A stretch of 64,000 nt of DNA, taken from the NCBI GenBank assembly GCA_025201805.1, contig MU619240.1:301690-365689 (forward strand), written 5' to 3'. Within the stretch, counting starts at the first letter, position 1; each line of letters begins with the position of its first letter. Under the pieces are notes generated by a model. The model did not search any database, was not told the origin of the DNA, and saw nothing but the letters and a program-made list of their open reading frames with translations. The position numbers were made by a program, and so were the translations under genes. This document shows positions 63,449 to 64,000 of this stretch, in pieces. This DNA comes from Parasitella parasitica NRRL 2501. Its lineage: Eukaryota; Fungi; Mucoromycota.

Positions 63449-64000
63449 ATGAAACGCAAACACGAAGACGAACAATCTGATGATCCAGAAAAAAAGATTC
63501 TAAAGAGTAAGTATCAAACGCTTACCTTACAAAAGAGTGTGTTTCTTACATTGTTTATGTGCAGACCTGGTTAACCAAGAAATATCTACTTTAACATCAT
63601 TTACTCCTTCTCATCATATCGCTTCTACTCATACTGATTCTACTGATATTGCTTCTATTCATATTGCTTCTACTGATCTTAATCCTACTCATATTGTTTC
63701 ATCTCATACCGGCACCAATTCACCTAATGATATGGCATCTTCTTCCAGTACCACTCCTATCATATCAAAGAAAATTCAAAAGAAAATTGATAAGAGTCGT
63801 GCCTTACAAGAGTTCAGGCTGCAACAAAAATCGGACAAACCAAAGCTGTGCCCTTCCTGCAAACAAGATACTCACGCACGGTCCACGAGCAATTTATGCC
63901 CCAATAAAAAGAAGAAAGAGACCAAGTTTGAAGCGGATGAGTTCACAAAACAATTTGTAATCAAAACTTCACTTAAAAACACTTGCAAGAATCAACTATT
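63449..64000 (+). CDS. Transposon-type protein with CCHC-like knuckle; candidate Fanzor1 N-terminus (truncated by window edge)
   Basis: Exon 1 63449-63506, GT-AG intron 63507-63564, exon 2 open to window end: ...CPSCKQDTHARSTSNLCPNKKKKE...KQFVIKTSLKNTCKNQL. Not shown in the ORF track. Confidence 0.55.

Noticed and set aside
63225-63960. ORF-track entries 63225-63431 (-) and 63649-63960 (+)
   Set aside because: The plus entry is an alternative frame of the spliced knuckle-containing ORF; the minus entry starts only 17 bp from it and has no recognisable features.

Overview
AT-rich fungal DNA, gene-dense with short (~45-70 nt) GT-AG introns, most consistent with a Mucorales genome; four N-gaps. 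About 20 host genes can be reconstructed: AYR1-like SDR, TauD-like dioxygenase, RSA4/NLE1, DUS1, SLC10A7/RCH1-like symporter, COA6, OTU deubiquitinase, MsrA, TFIIIC-90-like, a 2-TM protein, DUF1479/Gig2-like oxygenase, RPN9, RSC9/ARID2-like, AFG1, an NDT80-family TF, LENG1-like, DML1/Misato, PDCD7/U11-59K-like, a PAS-GATA TF, ProRS with a YbaK/ProX-like domain, SYS1 and a small secreted protein. The most unusual region is 23.9-32.7 kb, a ~8.8-kb inverted-repeat structure. Each ~99%-identical arm holds a decayed Tc1/IS630-type transposon plus a shared non-Tc1 block that ends in an 11-bp-period GTTAC minisatellite (~36 units left, 4 right). Reading inward from each minisatellite is one of two distantly homologous PD-(D/E)xK/Rpn-like genes: one keeps the catalytic-type motif and a Myb/SANT-like tail, the other lacks both. 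A Rep-less Helitron PIF1 helicase pseudogene with a long terminal hairpin lies between them. The window ends inside a spliced ORF whose N-terminus resembles fungal Fanzor1 (eukaryotic TnpB-derived) proteins. Family calls come from motif recognition only; no searches were run.
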